Positions 36,724-46,618 of a stretch of DNA of 64,000 nt are shown one piece after another. Under the pieces are notes generated by a model, which saw only the letters and a program-made list of their open reading frames with translations, was not told the DNA's origin and ran no database searches. The translations under genes were made by a program, and so were the position numbers. This stretch comes from Salibacter sp. (GTDB taxonomy: Bacteria > Bacteroidota > Bacteroidia > Flavobacteriales_G > Salibacteraceae): the NCBI RefSeq assembly GCF_031581065.1, contig NZ_JAVLBN010000003.1:2009-66008 (forward strand), in the 5' to 3' direction. Positions within the stretch are counted from its first letter, which is position 1. Every line of letters begins with the position of its first letter.

Positions 36724-37215
36724 CTATTGGTTTGAATCCAATATTTTTTGCTCTAAAGATGTGGTGGAATAGCCCGGTAAAAAGGCGATTGCTTCTACTT
36801 TTCCGCCATTTTTTTTCACATGGTCAGATCCCACAATGTAGCGTTTATCATTTTGGTCAGAACACTTTGGGTCGTAGTCGCCTCCTTTTACCAGAACATT
36901 AGGTGTGAGCTCATTGATAAGATCAAAAGGTGTTTCTTCATCGAAAATGATGACGGCATCCACAAAAAAGAGAGCTGCCAAAATTGTAGCGCGTTGATCC
37001 TGGTCTTTGATGGGCCTGGCCGGACCTTTATTCAGCGTTTTCACCGATGCATCGCTGTTGAGACCCATTACCAGCTTTGTGCCCAAATCGGCTGCTTTTG
37101 AGAGGTAGTCTATGTGGCCTTTGTGCAAGAGGTCAAATACACCGTTTGTGAATACGACCTTCTCGCCCTGCGACTTCCATTCGGCTACGGTTCTGACCGC
37201 AACCGATTTATCCAT
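36724..37215 (-). CDS. D-glycero-beta-D-manno-heptose-1-phosphate adenylyltransferase-like cytidylyltransferase (RfaE domain II type)
   Basis: VVFTNGVFDLLHKGHIDYL (the HxGH motif). Start taken at ATG 37215 (MDKSVAV), which removes the overlap with the upstream gene. The track start is 37248. Confidence 0.75.
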   Translation of the reverse strand: MDKSVAVRTVAEWKSQGEKVVFTNGVFDLLHKGHIDYLSKAADLGTKLVMGLNSDASVKTLNKGPARPIKDQDQRATILAALFFVDAVIIFDEETPFDLINELTPNVLVKGGDYDPKCSDQNDKRYIVGSDHVKKNGGKVEAIAFLPGYSTTSLEQKILDSNQ

Positions 37216-37219
37216 GATT

Positions 37220-38236
37220 TTATGCCTGAGTTGATTTGAGTTTGTCATTTTTCCATCGGTTAAACGGTGAAATTAAAGCAAATGACAGCGCGCCCAAAAT
37301 AAGGATGAGAATTGTTTGAGCTGTCCACACAATCCACCCGAAGGCTCCGGCTGTATTTTTATCCACTTCGTAAAGTACGAGAATTGCCTGTACAGCGAGC
37401 GGGTACGCACCAATTCCGCCATTTGTCACTGCGATTGTGATTCCGCCTAGAGCAAAGCCTGTGAGTACGCCCGCAATGGGAACGTCTGATGTTTCGGGCA
37501 ACGCGAAGAAGCACAGGTAAAACATCATGAGGTACATCAGCCAAATGAAAATTGTGTGCCCGATGAATGCCCATTTTTTCTTCATGGTGTAAATGCTGAG
37601 CATCCCGTCAACGATTCCTTTGAGTGTTTTTTGAATGGTTTGAATGAGTTTGTTTTCTGATTTGATTCGGTAGATGAAAACGAGTGATCCTATTCCGCCA
37701 ACCAGTAAAACAACTAACAAAACGAGGATTGTTGTACCGGATATTTTACCAAAAACAGATGCCAGGATATCATTGAGTAAACCCTGGATGACTTCGTACT
37801 GGAGAAAAACTACCGTGAGGATTGTGGTCATGAGAATGAGTGCATCGGCAACGCGTTCTGCGATAACTGTTCCCAATAATTTTTCAAACGGGATATTTTC
37901 GTATTTCCGTGCAATTCCACAGCGCGATATTTCACCGAGCCTGGGAACAGCGAGGTTGATAAGGTAGCCGATCATCACAGCAAAAAAGCTGTTGGTGAAA
38001 TTGGGCTTGTAACCGAGTGGAGCCAGTGTGAACTTCCATCGGTAAGCGCGACTCATGTGACTGAGGGTTGCTGCTACGAGTGAGAGCCAAACCCAACTGT
38101 AGTTGGCCCGCTCAAAAGCACCCATAATTTCTGTTTTGTCTTCAGGAGTTAGTGAGGAATAAAAATACCACACGAGAAAAAGACCAAAACCCAGCGGTAT
38201 GGCGATTTTCAAAAATCCGGTGAGGTACTTTTTCAT
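37220..38236 (-). CDS. UPF0104 / lysylphosphatidylglycerol-synthase-TM-region-like flippase-like membrane protein
   Basis: 338 aa with about eight TM helices. The N-terminal MKKYLTGFLKIAIPLGFGLFLVWY is typical of this family. Confidence 0.6.
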   Translation of the reverse strand: MKKYLTGFLKIAIPLGFGLFLVWYFYSSLTPEDKTEIMGAFERANYSWVWLSLVAATLSHMSRAYRWKFTLAPLGYKPNFTNSFFAVMIGYLINLAVPRLGEISRCGIARKYENIPFEKLLGTVIAERVADALILMTTILTVVFLQYEVIQGLLNDILASVFGKISGTTILVLLVVLLVGGIGSLVFIYRIKSENKLIQTIQKTLKGIVDGMLSIYTMKKKWAFIGHTIFIWLMYLMMFYLCFFALPETSDVPIAGVLTGFALGGITIAVTNGGIGAYPLAVQAILVLYEVDKNTAGAFGWIVWTAQTILILILGALSFALISPFNRWKNDKLKSTQA

Positions 38237-38242
38237 AGCGAG

Positions 38243-38596
38243 TTAGGGTTTCAAAGTGTTGTTGGTTTCGTCTGGAAAGATAACGGAAGGTTTGAACTTT
38301 TTCGCCTCTTCAAACTCCAGTTGAGCATAAGATATGATAATGATAATATCATTGACTGCAACTTTTCTTGCAGCCGGACCATTGAGGCAAATTTCACCAC
38401 TTCCGCTCTCGCCTTTGATCACATAAGTTTCGAGGCGCTCACCATTGTTGATGTTCACGATTTGCACTTTTTCGCCTTCAATGATGTTTGAGGCTTTCAT
38501 CAAGTCTTCATCAATCGTAATGCTGCCGATGTAATTGAGATCGGCCTGTGTAACCTTAACGCGGTGAATCTTAGATTTTACAACTTCAATAAGCAT
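38243..38596 (-). CDS. panD: Aspartate 1-decarboxylase
   Basis: 117 aa. [29 protein letters not shown] includes the Gly-Ser self-cleavage site. Confidence 0.93.
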   Translation of the reverse strand: MLIEVVKSKIHRVKVTQADLNYIGSITIDEDLMKASNIIEGEKVQIVNINNGERLETYVIKGESGSGEICLNGPAARKVAVNDIIIIISYAQLEFEEAKKFKPSVIFPDETNNTLKP

Positions 38597-38636
38597 AGCT
38601 AAATACGCTGATAAATAAAGTGAGCAAAAGTAACGA

Positions 38637-39482
38637 TTAATTCAGGCTGATGTTATCAATCAAACGCACATTTCCGGCAAAAACTGCTATGAATGCGCGA
38701 GCGGGAACATCAATAGTGCCGTTGAGCAATTCCATCGTTTTAGTGTTGGCAATATTGAAATATTCCAGGTCAAACATCTCCTGTTGATTAAAAGTCTCTT
38801 TGACAGCTTTTTCGATCTCTTCAACCGTTTTTCCTTTTTCTTTCAGATCACGGGCCATGAGGAGTGACTTGTAAATAATAGAGCCTTTCTCCATTTGCTC
38901 ATCAGTGAGTCGCTCGTTGCGAGAGCTTTTTGCGAGTCCGTTCGCTTCGCGCTCAATAGGGCAGCCCACAACATTGACATCGAGACCTTCAAGTTCAGCC
39001 ATTTTGCGCACTACCAAAACCTGTTGATAATCCTTTTCGCCAAAGTAAGCATTGTTAGGTTCAATGATCTCGAAAAGTTTTTGAACTACGGTTCCCACAC
39101 CATCGAAGTGGCCGGGTCTGAACTCGCCTTCCATTTTCGTAGCTAAAGAGCCAAAAGGATAAGATTTTGACTTTTTGCCTTCTGGATACATGTCGTCATC
39201 GGTAGGAGTGAAAACTACATCACATCCTGCAGATTGCAAATAGTCGATATCCCTTTCAAGTGTACGTGGATATTTTTCGAGATCTTCAGGATTATTGAAT
39301 TGAGTTGGGTTTACGTAAACGCTAACTACTGTGATGTCATTGTCACTTGCCGATCTTTCTACAAGTGCGAGATGGCCGCTGTGCAGTGCGCCCATGGTGG
39401 CAACAAAGCCTATCGATTGATTATTCGCCTGTGCATTTTGCACAACCGATTGCATTTCTTTCTTTGTTCTACAAACTTTCAC
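38637..39482 (-). CDS. panC: Pantoate--beta-alanine ligase
   Basis: 281 aa with motifs [24 protein letters not shown] and FGEKDYQQ. Confidence 0.93.
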   Translation of the reverse strand: MKVCRTKKEMQSVVQNAQANNQSIGFVATMGALHSGHLALVERSASDNDITVVSVYVNPTQFNNPEDLEKYPRTLERDIDYLQSAGCDVVFTPTDDDMYPEGKKSKSYPFGSLATKMEGEFRPGHFDGVGTVVQKLFEIIEPNNAYFGEKDYQQVLVVRKMAELEGLDVNVVGCPIEREANGLAKSSRNERLTDEQMEKGSIIYKSLLMARDLKEKGKTVEEIEKAVKETFNQQEMFDLEYFNIANTKTMELLNGTIDVPARAFIAVFAGNVRLIDNISLN

Positions 39483-39550
39483 GCTTCACTGAATTTAGTC
39501 AATTTATATTGACAGAGCGCAGGGCAAAGTGGGCAAAACTAATTGAAAAC

Positions 39551-39581
39551 TTGATTTACAAGCCATTTATGCTTAATTTTG
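39551..39581 (+). promoter_or_regulatory. Candidate Bacteroidota-type promoter (-33 TTG / -7 TAnnTTTG) for the glycogen synthase gene
   Basis: TAATTTTG at 39574-39581 matches TAnnTTTG. A TTG at 39551-39553 lies 20 nt upstream, and the ATG is at 39611. Confidence 0.35.
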
Positions 39582-39610
39582 TGCGAATTTTTTGATAAAG
39601 AAGGTATAAT

Positions 39611-40438
39611 ATGAGTAAGCCAAGAATTTTATTTGTGTCGCAGGAAATAACCCCCTACCTTCCTGAAAACCAAATGTCAGGTGTGGGGCGTAATCTGCCA
39701 CAAGGGATACAGGAAAGAGGAAAAGAGATCAGGACATTTATGCCCAGGTTTGGCGTAATCAATGAAAGGCGTCATCAATTGCATGAAGTTATTCGCCTTT
39801 CAGGAATGAACCTAGTGGTAAATGATTTTGATCATCCGTTGATTATCAAGGTGGCATCTATACAACCGGCACGTATGCAGGTTTACTTCATCGACAACGA
39901 AGAATTTTTTCACCGCAAAGCAATTTTTGAGGATAAAGAAGGAAACTTCTTTGAAGACAACGATGAGCGCTCGATCTTTTTTGTTCGCGGAGTGCTCGAA
40001 ACAGTAAAAAAACTAGGTTGGTCTCCTGATATCATCCACTGTCACGGCTGGATGACTTCACTTCTTCCAACTTACCTCAAGACTGTTTACAAAAATGATC
40101 CGCTCTTCAATGATACACAGGTTGTTTACAGCGTTTACGACCAACATCCCGATAAAAAGATCGATGATGAAATGATCAACAAAGTGAAGTTTGACGGTAT
40201 CGAGCACGATAAAATTTCAGTAATTGAAAAGGCTGATTACAACAACCTTCACAAATTAGCAGTCTCTCATGCCGATGCTGTAATCAAAGGATCTGAAAAT
40301 GTAGATGAAGGAGTGGAAAAGGCAATTAAAGAAGCTGATAAACCGTTCCTCGACTATCAAGACGAAGAATCATACATTGATGCATACTCAGAATTTTATG
40401 ACAAAATACTCGATGAAAAATCGGTTCTTGCCGATTAA
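39611..40438 (+). CDS. Short glycogen/starch synthase-like protein (Glyco_transf_5-type N-terminal domain only)
   Basis: 275 aa. ILFVSQEITPYLPE...GWSPDIIHCHGWMTSL is typical of the short Bacteroidota glycogen synthase homologue found next to panC. Confidence 0.75.
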   Translation: MSKPRILFVSQEITPYLPENQMSGVGRNLPQGIQERGKEIRTFMPRFGVINERRHQLHEVIRLSGMNLVVNDFDHPLIIKVASIQPARMQVYFIDNEEFFHRKAIFEDKEGNFFEDNDERSIFFVRGVLETVKKLGWSPDIIHCHGWMTSLLPTYLKTVYKNDPLFNDTQVVYSVYDQHPDKKIDDEMINKVKFDGIEHDKISVIEKADYNNLHKLAVSHADAVIKGSENVDEGVEKAIKEADKPFLDYQDEESYIDAYSEFYDKILDEKSVLAD

Positions 40439-40454
40439 GAGCATTACTACCATA

Positions 40455-41849
40455 ATGTCACAGGCAAAAGGGGTACTCGTTTACCCCTTTTCCATTTTAT
40501 TAATTCTTGTTGCTCTTTCTTCCTGCAAAAAGGAAAATAAAGTAGGCGGTCAACTACAGCCCGATAGCGACAAAGTATCAGGCAATGTGGTAGATACCTT
40601 CTCGATAAAAGCCAAAACTGTAAAGGTGGATTCTGTGCGCTCTGATGAAGGTTTTAGAACGCTTCTCGGTGAATACTACGACCCGGTTTTTGGTCCCACC
40701 AAAGCGAGTCTTTTTTTACAGTATCGCCCGTCACAGGTTCAGGTTGACTTTGGTAATCCCAACAACCTAACTTTTGACTCGCTCATAATGTCACTTCCCT
40801 TTACTGTTGGAACTTCATATTACGGACGAAACAGTTTGAGAGCAAATAACCTCGATCGCGTTTCATTAAAGGTTTATCGAGCCACAACAAATGTATTTGC
40901 GTCAGACTCAGTTTATTCGAATGGTACGATCAGAACTCCTGGCGGAGCCAGGCAGTTTACTTATGATGAGGGTAACCCGGTTGGTGAAGCAACTATTTAC
41001 ACTCCCAATGCTCAAGATACATTCGAGGTTGGAAATAATGCTGAGCCACCACAGTTACGCATAAAGCTCGACTCAACTTTTGGTCAGCAGCTATTGACTG
41101 CAGGAGCAGGAGTTTACGATAATCAATTAGCTTTCGTCCAGTACCTCAATGGTTTGGTTATCGTCCCTGAAGACAATAATTATTTCCTCGATGGCGGACA
41201 AATCATGTTCATAGATCCTTTGTCATCGTTCAACCGCATGATAATGCACTATCGCATTGATGATGGATCTGGTCAAAATGCAGAGACTTACGAGTACATA
41301 CTGAACGACTCCAGCTCTTATTTCAACCTCTACGAGCACGATTACAGTATGGCACCTTTTCAAATGGATCTGAACGATTATGAAGGTGGACGAGAAAAGC
41401 TGTACATCCAGGCCATGGGGGGAACACGTGTAACACTCGAAATACCGCATATCGAAAACTTCTTTGAAGGTTTTGAAAACGGAGTTATCATTAACCGTGC
41501 TGAGTTACTGCTCCCTGTTGAGCAAAATGACGGCTATAATCGCATAGCTCAATTGAGTATTGGTCAGTTTGATTCAACGCGCACTTTGTTCACCATCCCA
41601 GATGCGATTGAAGGAACATCACACCTCGATGGTTTTTATGACACAACTAATACACGTTATCGCTTTAATGTGACGCGATATGTTCAAAACCTGTTCCTCA
41701 ACCACGAGTCGGGTGAAAATGCTAAATTTGAAGTCGCGTTGTTAACTTCAGGCGAAGGTGTCAACGCTACACGCTCGGTGTTGACAGGCTATAACCCTAC
41801 ATCAGGCGCTAAACCTAAAATGAAAATTATTTACACCCCTGTAAATTAA
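40455..41849 (+). CDS. DUF4270-like lipoprotein
   Basis: Start taken at ATG 40455 (MSQAKGVLVYPFSILLILVALSSCKKE, lipobox), just after the upstream stop. The track start at 40305 overlaps the previous gene by 134 nt. Confidence 0.6.
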   Translation: MSQAKGVLVYPFSILLILVALSSCKKENKVGGQLQPDSDKVSGNVVDTFSIKAKTVKVDSVRSDEGFRTLLGEYYDPVFGPTKASLFLQYRPSQVQVDFGNPNNLTFDSLIMSLPFTVGTSYYGRNSLRANNLDRVSLKVYRATTNVFASDSVYSNGTIRTPGGARQFTYDEGNPVGEATIYTPNAQDTFEVGNNAEPPQLRIKLDSTFGQQLLTAGAGVYDNQLAFVQYLNGLVIVPEDNNYFLDGGQIMFIDPLSSFNRMIMHYRIDDGSGQNAETYEYILNDSSSYFNLYEHDYSMAPFQMDLNDYEGGREKLYIQAMGGTRVTLEIPHIENFFEGFENGVIINRAELLLPVEQNDGYNRIAQLSIGQFDSTRTLFTIPDAIEGTSHLDGFYDTTNTRYRFNVTRYVQNLFLNHESGENAKFEVALLTSGEGVNATRSVLTGYNPTSGAKPKMKIIYTPVN

Positions 41850-41857
41850 TCAGTCTT

Positions 41858-43702
41858 ATGTGTGGAATCGTTGGTTATGTGGGCAGCCAGGAGGCTTACC
41901 CAATCTTAATAAAAGGATTAAAAAGGCTTGAATATAGAGGCTATGACAGTGCCGGAGTAGCCATTGTTGATGAAGATGATATCAACCTCATCAAGTGCAA
42001 AGGTAAAGTTGCCGATTTAGAGAGTAAAGCTAATGGTCAGAACCTGAAAGGGACGCTGGGTATTGGACACACTCGTTGGGCAACTCACGGGCCGCCAAAT
42101 GATGTCAACTCGCATCCTCATTACTCTCAAAGCAAAAACCTCGCGATCATTCACAATGGAATCATCGAAAATTATGATTCGCTCAAAAAAGAGCTGGTGA
42201 ATCAGGGGTACCGCTTTGAAAGTGAAACCGATACTGAGGTTCTGATCAATTTCATCGAAATGGTGAAAGATGCTGAAGACCTTAAACTGGAAGATGCAGT
42301 ACGTGTAGCGTTGAACCAGGTTGTAGGTGCTTATGCAATCGCCATTGTAGAACGAGGAAACACTGATAAAATCGTATTGGCGAAAAAAGGAAGTCCGCTC
42401 GTTGTTGGAATTGGAGACGATGAGTTCTTTATTGCGTCAGATGCCACTCCTTTTGTCGAGTACACAAAAAACGCTGTCTACCTTGAGGATGAAGAAATGG
42501 CCGTTATTGAACGCGGTAAAAAGCTAGAGATCAAAAGTATTACTGATAACAAGTCGATTGATCCTTACATACACAAACTACAAATGCACCTCGAAGAAAT
42601 TGAAAAAGGAGGATACGATCACTTTATGCTCAAAGAAATTTTTGAGCAGCCACGATCTATTCGTGATACACTTCGCGGACGATTACTCCCAGACGAAGGA
42701 ATTATCTCAATGTCAGGAGTAAAAGAGTACGGAGCAAAATTTGAAAATGCGAGTAGAATTCTGTTTGTGGCTTGTGGTACGAGCTGGCATGCAGGATTGG
42801 TTGCAGAGTACATGTTTGAAGAGTTTGCCCGTATTCCGGTAGAGGTTGAGTACGCATCTGAGTTTCGTTATCGCAACCCAATTATCACTGAAGACGATGT
42901 TGTAATCGCGATTTCTCAATCCGGAGAAACGGCTGATACGTTAGCAGCGATCGAATTGGCGAAGAAAAAAGGAGCTACAATATTCGGAATATGTAATGTC
43001 GTAGGGTCTTCAATTGCGCGTGCTTCACATGCCGGAGCTTATACACATGCCGGACCGGAAATTGGTGTAGCATCGACCAAAGCATTTACAGCTCAGGTTG
43101 CCGTGTTAGCTTTGATCGCGTTGGAGATCGGGCGCAGAAAAGGGGCTCTGACCGAGAGTAGATTCAGATCACTGATCAGCGAGCTGGATCAAATACCCAA
43201 GAAAGTTGAGCAAATGCTCGAAAGTGAAGATACAACTGTCAGTATAGCTGAAATGTACAAGGATGTATCGAATTTCCTTTACCTGGGAAGAGGATACAAC
43301 TTCCCTGTAGCACTCGAAGGAGCTCTGAAGCTGAAAGAAATTTCATACATCCATGCTGAGGGATATCCTGCTGCTGAAATGAAGCACGGACCAATTGCCC
43401 TGATAGATGAAAACATGCCGGTAGTTGTTATTGCAACTAAAAACGGGCAATACGAAAAGGTTGTGAGCAACATCCAGGAGATTAAAGCACGTAACGGAAA
43501 AATCATTGCCGTTGTGAATGAAGGGGATGAAACCATTAGAGAAATGGCCGATCACGTGATTGAAATTCCTGATTCAGATGAAGCTTTTACACCATTGATT
43601 ACGACAATCCCGCTTCAATTGCTCTCGTACCACATTGCTGTGATGAGAGGTTGTAATGTGGATCAACCAAGGAATTTGGCAAAATCTGTTACAGTGGAGT
43701 AG
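41858..43702 (+). CDS. glmS: Glutamine--fructose-6-phosphate aminotransferase (isomerizing)
   Basis: 614 aa. N-terminal MCGIVGY (Cys nucleophile), two SIS domains, and C-terminal NLAKSVTVE. Confidence 0.95.
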   Translation: MCGIVGYVGSQEAYPILIKGLKRLEYRGYDSAGVAIVDEDDINLIKCKGKVADLESKANGQNLKGTLGIGHTRWATHGPPNDVNSHPHYSQSKNLAIIHNGIIENYDSLKKELVNQGYRFESETDTEVLINFIEMVKDAEDLKLEDAVRVALNQVVGAYAIAIVERGNTDKIVLAKKGSPLVVGIGDDEFFIASDATPFVEYTKNAVYLEDEEMAVIERGKKLEIKSITDNKSIDPYIHKLQMHLEEIEKGGYDHFMLKEIFEQPRSIRDTLRGRLLPDEGIISMSGVKEYGAKFENASRILFVACGTSWHAGLVAEYMFEEFARIPVEVEYASEFRYRNPIITEDDVVIAISQSGETADTLAAIELAKKKGATIFGICNVVGSSIARASHAGAYTHAGPEIGVASTKAFTAQVAVLALIALEIGRRKGALTESRFRSLISELDQIPKKVEQMLESEDTTVSIAEMYKDVSNFLYLGRGYNFPVALEGALKLKEISYIHAEGYPAAEMKHGPIALIDENMPVVVIATKNGQYEKVVSNIQEIKARNGKIIAVVNEGDETIREMADHVIEIPDSDEAFTPLITTIPLQLLSYHIAVMRGCNVDQPRNLAKSVTVE

Positions 43703-43711
43703 AGAAGACTA

Positions 43712-44614
43712 CTAAAAATTCATTTTTTTAACTTGATCACCCGCCTCATTAAAGTTTTTCCAAACTCCTTTTTCTCTATTGTTTTGATACTGGCCAATTT
43801 GTTTGATAGAGCCATTTGGATAATATTTTTTCCAAATTCCGGTTCTGTTATTGTTTAAGTATTGCCCAATTGTTTTTATATTCCCATTAGGATAAAACTC
43901 AATGTAGCTTCCGTTGGCTTCATTGTCTTTTAACTCGAGAATTGAAACAGTATTACCAGCTTTGTCATATGTATATTGAATAGGGTAAGGGGGGAGCGTT
44001 ATTTTTTTTCTCAAATCACCACTTTTGTAAAAGAACACTCTATCATCGGTTAGTTTACCGATTTTATAATGCTCTCTTTTTTTTACGAAACCATCATCGT
44101 CATAATATATCCAAACGCTGGTTTTTAGATTATTCTCGAAGGCACCTTTAATTACAGTATCTTTTTTATGATTGTACTTGACGTACTCACCATTTTTCAG
44201 GCCTTTGCTGTACTGTATGGTTTCGCTCAAAAAACCACTCTCGCTGTAAAGTTTTACTATCCCTTCAATTGTGTCATTTGTATAGTTTTGGGTTTGTTTC
44301 AAGAGTCCATTAGGGTAGTAATAATATTGAAGGCCATCTAGTTTTCCATATTTGTAATTTGCCTTTTGTTTAATTTGACCATTTTTATAATATACCTTCC
44401 ATTTGCCACATAAAAGCCCATCGCAATAAAACCCTTTTTGCCATATGTTGTTGTTGCTATATTTTATTTGGTAGAGTCCATTCTTGGTGCCGTTTTTAGT
44501 GTGATAAAACTCCTTTTCAATCCCATTTTTATAGTAGTTTTTTTTAGACTCTGACTGGCATTGAGCAGATCCTGTAAAGACCAATACAACAATAATTACT
44601 AAAATTGCTTTCAT
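43712..44614 (-). CDS. Secreted MORN-variant / YwqK-family repeat protein
   Basis: 300 aa with a signal peptide and many repeats of the type G.W..YY.NG.....G.Y..G...G.W. Its start overlaps the upstream stop (ATGA at 44611-44614). Confidence 0.7.
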   Translation of the reverse strand: MKAILVIIVVLVFTGSAQCQSESKKNYYKNGIEKEFYHTKNGTKNGLYQIKYSNNNIWQKGFYCDGLLCGKWKVYYKNGQIKQKANYKYGKLDGLQYYYYPNGLLKQTQNYTNDTIEGIVKLYSESGFLSETIQYSKGLKNGEYVKYNHKKDTVIKGAFENNLKTSVWIYYDDDGFVKKREHYKIGKLTDDRVFFYKSGDLRKKITLPPYPIQYTYDKAGNTVSILELKDNEANGSYIEFYPNGNIKTIGQYLNNNRTGIWKKYYPNGSIKQIGQYQNNREKGVWKNFNEAGDQVKKMNF

Positions 44615-45402
44615 CTTATCGTTATCGTTTTTCGCAAGGCTTCCAGGTCAAGACCAAAGCCAGGGTCAACAACGAATAGTATTTCATATGTGCCTTTGTC
44701 AAGGTCAGAGATATCATATGAAAGCCTTTTAATTTGTTTGGGGTAAACGGTTCTCTGCATCTTTTTTGATGATATATTCTCACCAGTTTTAGTGTTCACT
44801 GCAGAATAGTAATACTTAAACTTATGTATATAAGAGGGAGTGTTGTTTTTTATTTTAAGCGTACAAATATTTGAAGTTTTGTTATGAAAAAAGGAATCTT
44901 TAAGAAGTGAGAAGCTAATATTTTCTTTTTCTCCAGAGTCTTGAATTATCTTCACTGCTATTCTGGGGATTACTTTAATGCCGGTTTTAAGCTCATCTTT
45001 CATTCTTGTTCTAGCGTTTTCATCTACTACTGAAACAAATCCCGTAATCCATTTTGAGCCTTCTACATCTTTCGTATCTGGTTTCATTGTTATTTTGATC
45101 TCACCCTGTTCTTCAGGCCCAATTCTAACCTCTTTGTTATCGAGGGTTATCCATTTGAAGCAAGAGTTCTCAGTTGTTCCCGGACTCGTATATTTCTTTA
45201 CCCCGTCAATAAAATATTCATCAGAAAAAGTAAGCTTAAAGGTTTGAGGAGTGTCATTGTGGTTAGTTATTGTAATCGATGCTGCTTGAGGTTTTTCATA
45301 AGTTGCATTGAAGTATATAACAACAGGAGCTACTTCGAAATCCTGAGAGAAAGATTTTAAAGTTATAAGTAAAAATAAAACTCCGAAAATTGTTTTTTGC
45401 AT
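44611..45402 (-). CDS. Secreted two-Ig-domain protein, candidate PapD-like fibre chaperone
   Basis: 263 aa with a signal peptide. FEVAPVVIYFNATYEKPQAASITITNHNDTPQTFKLTF and RIGPEEQGEIKITM follow the strand pattern of pilus chaperone N-domains. This is a pattern-level inference only. Confidence 0.4.
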   Translation of the reverse strand: MQKTIFGVLFLLITLKSFSQDFEVAPVVIYFNATYEKPQAASITITNHNDTPQTFKLTFSDEYFIDGVKKYTSPGTTENSCFKWITLDNKEVRIGPEEQGEIKITMKPDTKDVEGSKWITGFVSVVDENARTRMKDELKTGIKVIPRIAVKIIQDSGEKENISFSLLKDSFFHNKTSNICTLKIKNNTPSYIHKFKYYYSAVNTKTGENISSKKMQRTVYPKQIKRLSYDISDLDKGTYEILFVVDPGFGLDLEALRKTITIR

Positions 45403-45435
45403 ATTGCGATTTATTAATTTCTAAATCAAATAAAC

Positions 45436-46059
45436 ATGAAAAGCGTTAAAATCCTCAAGTATTCATTATTATTGATAATTATTTCATGTTCTATTCCATC
45501 TTTCAGTCAGCCTGTTTCAGACAGAGCTGTAGTTCCTGTAGCCGTAACACTCAATCAGATACTTCGGTTAAATGTGACTGATGGGGGTAATATTGAGTTT
45601 GTGTTCAACCGAATAGACCAGTATCAAAACGGAATCCCTAATTCGGCTATTTACGATACTAGATTGACTGTAGCTTCATCAACTGCATGGGAGCTGAATA
45701 TGGGAGCTGAAGATGCTACTTTTATTGGTACAGATGACCCGTCAAATACTTTGGATTTAGATTATGTTGGTTTTCAGTTGACTGACGCGGGAAACCACAC
45801 TTTTGGGACTGAGTTTATCGATGCTGCCGGTGCAAATGCAGCTGCTGTTGGGCTTGCGACATACCCTGTTTCAGTTATTACAAGTGCTGCTGCGCCAAAC
45901 GGTAATGCAGGGGATATTACTGATAACATAATTGTTATAAATTGGGAGTGTAACACTACAGGTTTAAACACTACGACTGGAAATAATGCGCTTATTGATG
46001 AAACCATAAATCCAGATCGATACGTAACAAATGTTCTACTTGACGTAGAGCCAAATTAA
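45436..46059 (+). CDS. Secreted pilin-like subunit candidate A
   Basis: 207 aa. Signal peptide ending SFSQ, Ala/Thr/Asn-rich beta-rich body, and a C-terminal strand DRYVTNVLLDVEPN paralogous to the next gene. Confidence 0.45.
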   Translation: MKSVKILKYSLLLIIISCSIPSFSQPVSDRAVVPVAVTLNQILRLNVTDGGNIEFVFNRIDQYQNGIPNSAIYDTRLTVASSTAWELNMGAEDATFIGTDDPSNTLDLDYVGFQLTDAGNHTFGTEFIDAAGANAAAVGLATYPVSVITSAAAPNGNAGDITDNIIVINWECNTTGLNTTTGNNALIDETINPDRYVTNVLLDVEPN

Positions 46060-46063
46060 TCTA

Positions 46064-46618
46064 ATGAAGCTTAAAAGCTTTTTGATATCGATTTGTCTAG
46101 TTTTCATTTATTCGGTTTCTCACAGCCAGCCTTATAATACAGCAAGGTTGTCATTGATTCAATCACAGCAAGTAGAAGTTTATGTTAATTCATTCGATGA
46201 AATAGAAAACGGAATCACCGTTCCAGGTGGAACGGTGTTAGGGGTTACACTCCAGGACTTAAACGATCCTTCGGCTCCTGCCCCACTATCCGGTTTTGAA
46301 ATATTCGTAAGAACCAATAACGGTATTTCTTCAAACTTTGAAGGTATCAACGGGAATTCAATGGATCTTGACATACTATCTTTAACTAGTAGTAATAGAC
46401 AGGGTTTTGGATCGTCCACCTTTTTTTATGGGCCTTTAAGCCTTGATCAGATAAGCCAGTTGATTGTTGAGAGCACGTTAACTAATTGTGACTGGAGCAC
46501 TCATCAGATAAATGTTCAATATGAATTTGGCACAGCTAATTGCACCAGTAAATTCACAAGTTTCAAATCTGATTTTTATACAGTTGAAGTTGAATTTATA
46601 CTTGAACCGGTTTTTTGA
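46064..46618 (+). CDS. Secreted pilin-like subunit candidate B (paralogue of A)
   Basis: 184 aa. Signal peptide ending SHSQ and C-terminal strand DFYTVEVEFILEPVF. It ends in GTT TTT TGA. Confidence 0.45.
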   Translation: MKLKSFLISICLVFIYSVSHSQPYNTARLSLIQSQQVEVYVNSFDEIENGITVPGGTVLGVTLQDLNDPSAPAPLSGFEIFVRTNNGISSNFEGINGNSMDLDILSLTSSNRQGFGSSTFFYGPLSLDQISQLIVESTLTNCDWSTHQINVQYEFGTANCTSKFTSFKSDFYTVEVEFILEPVF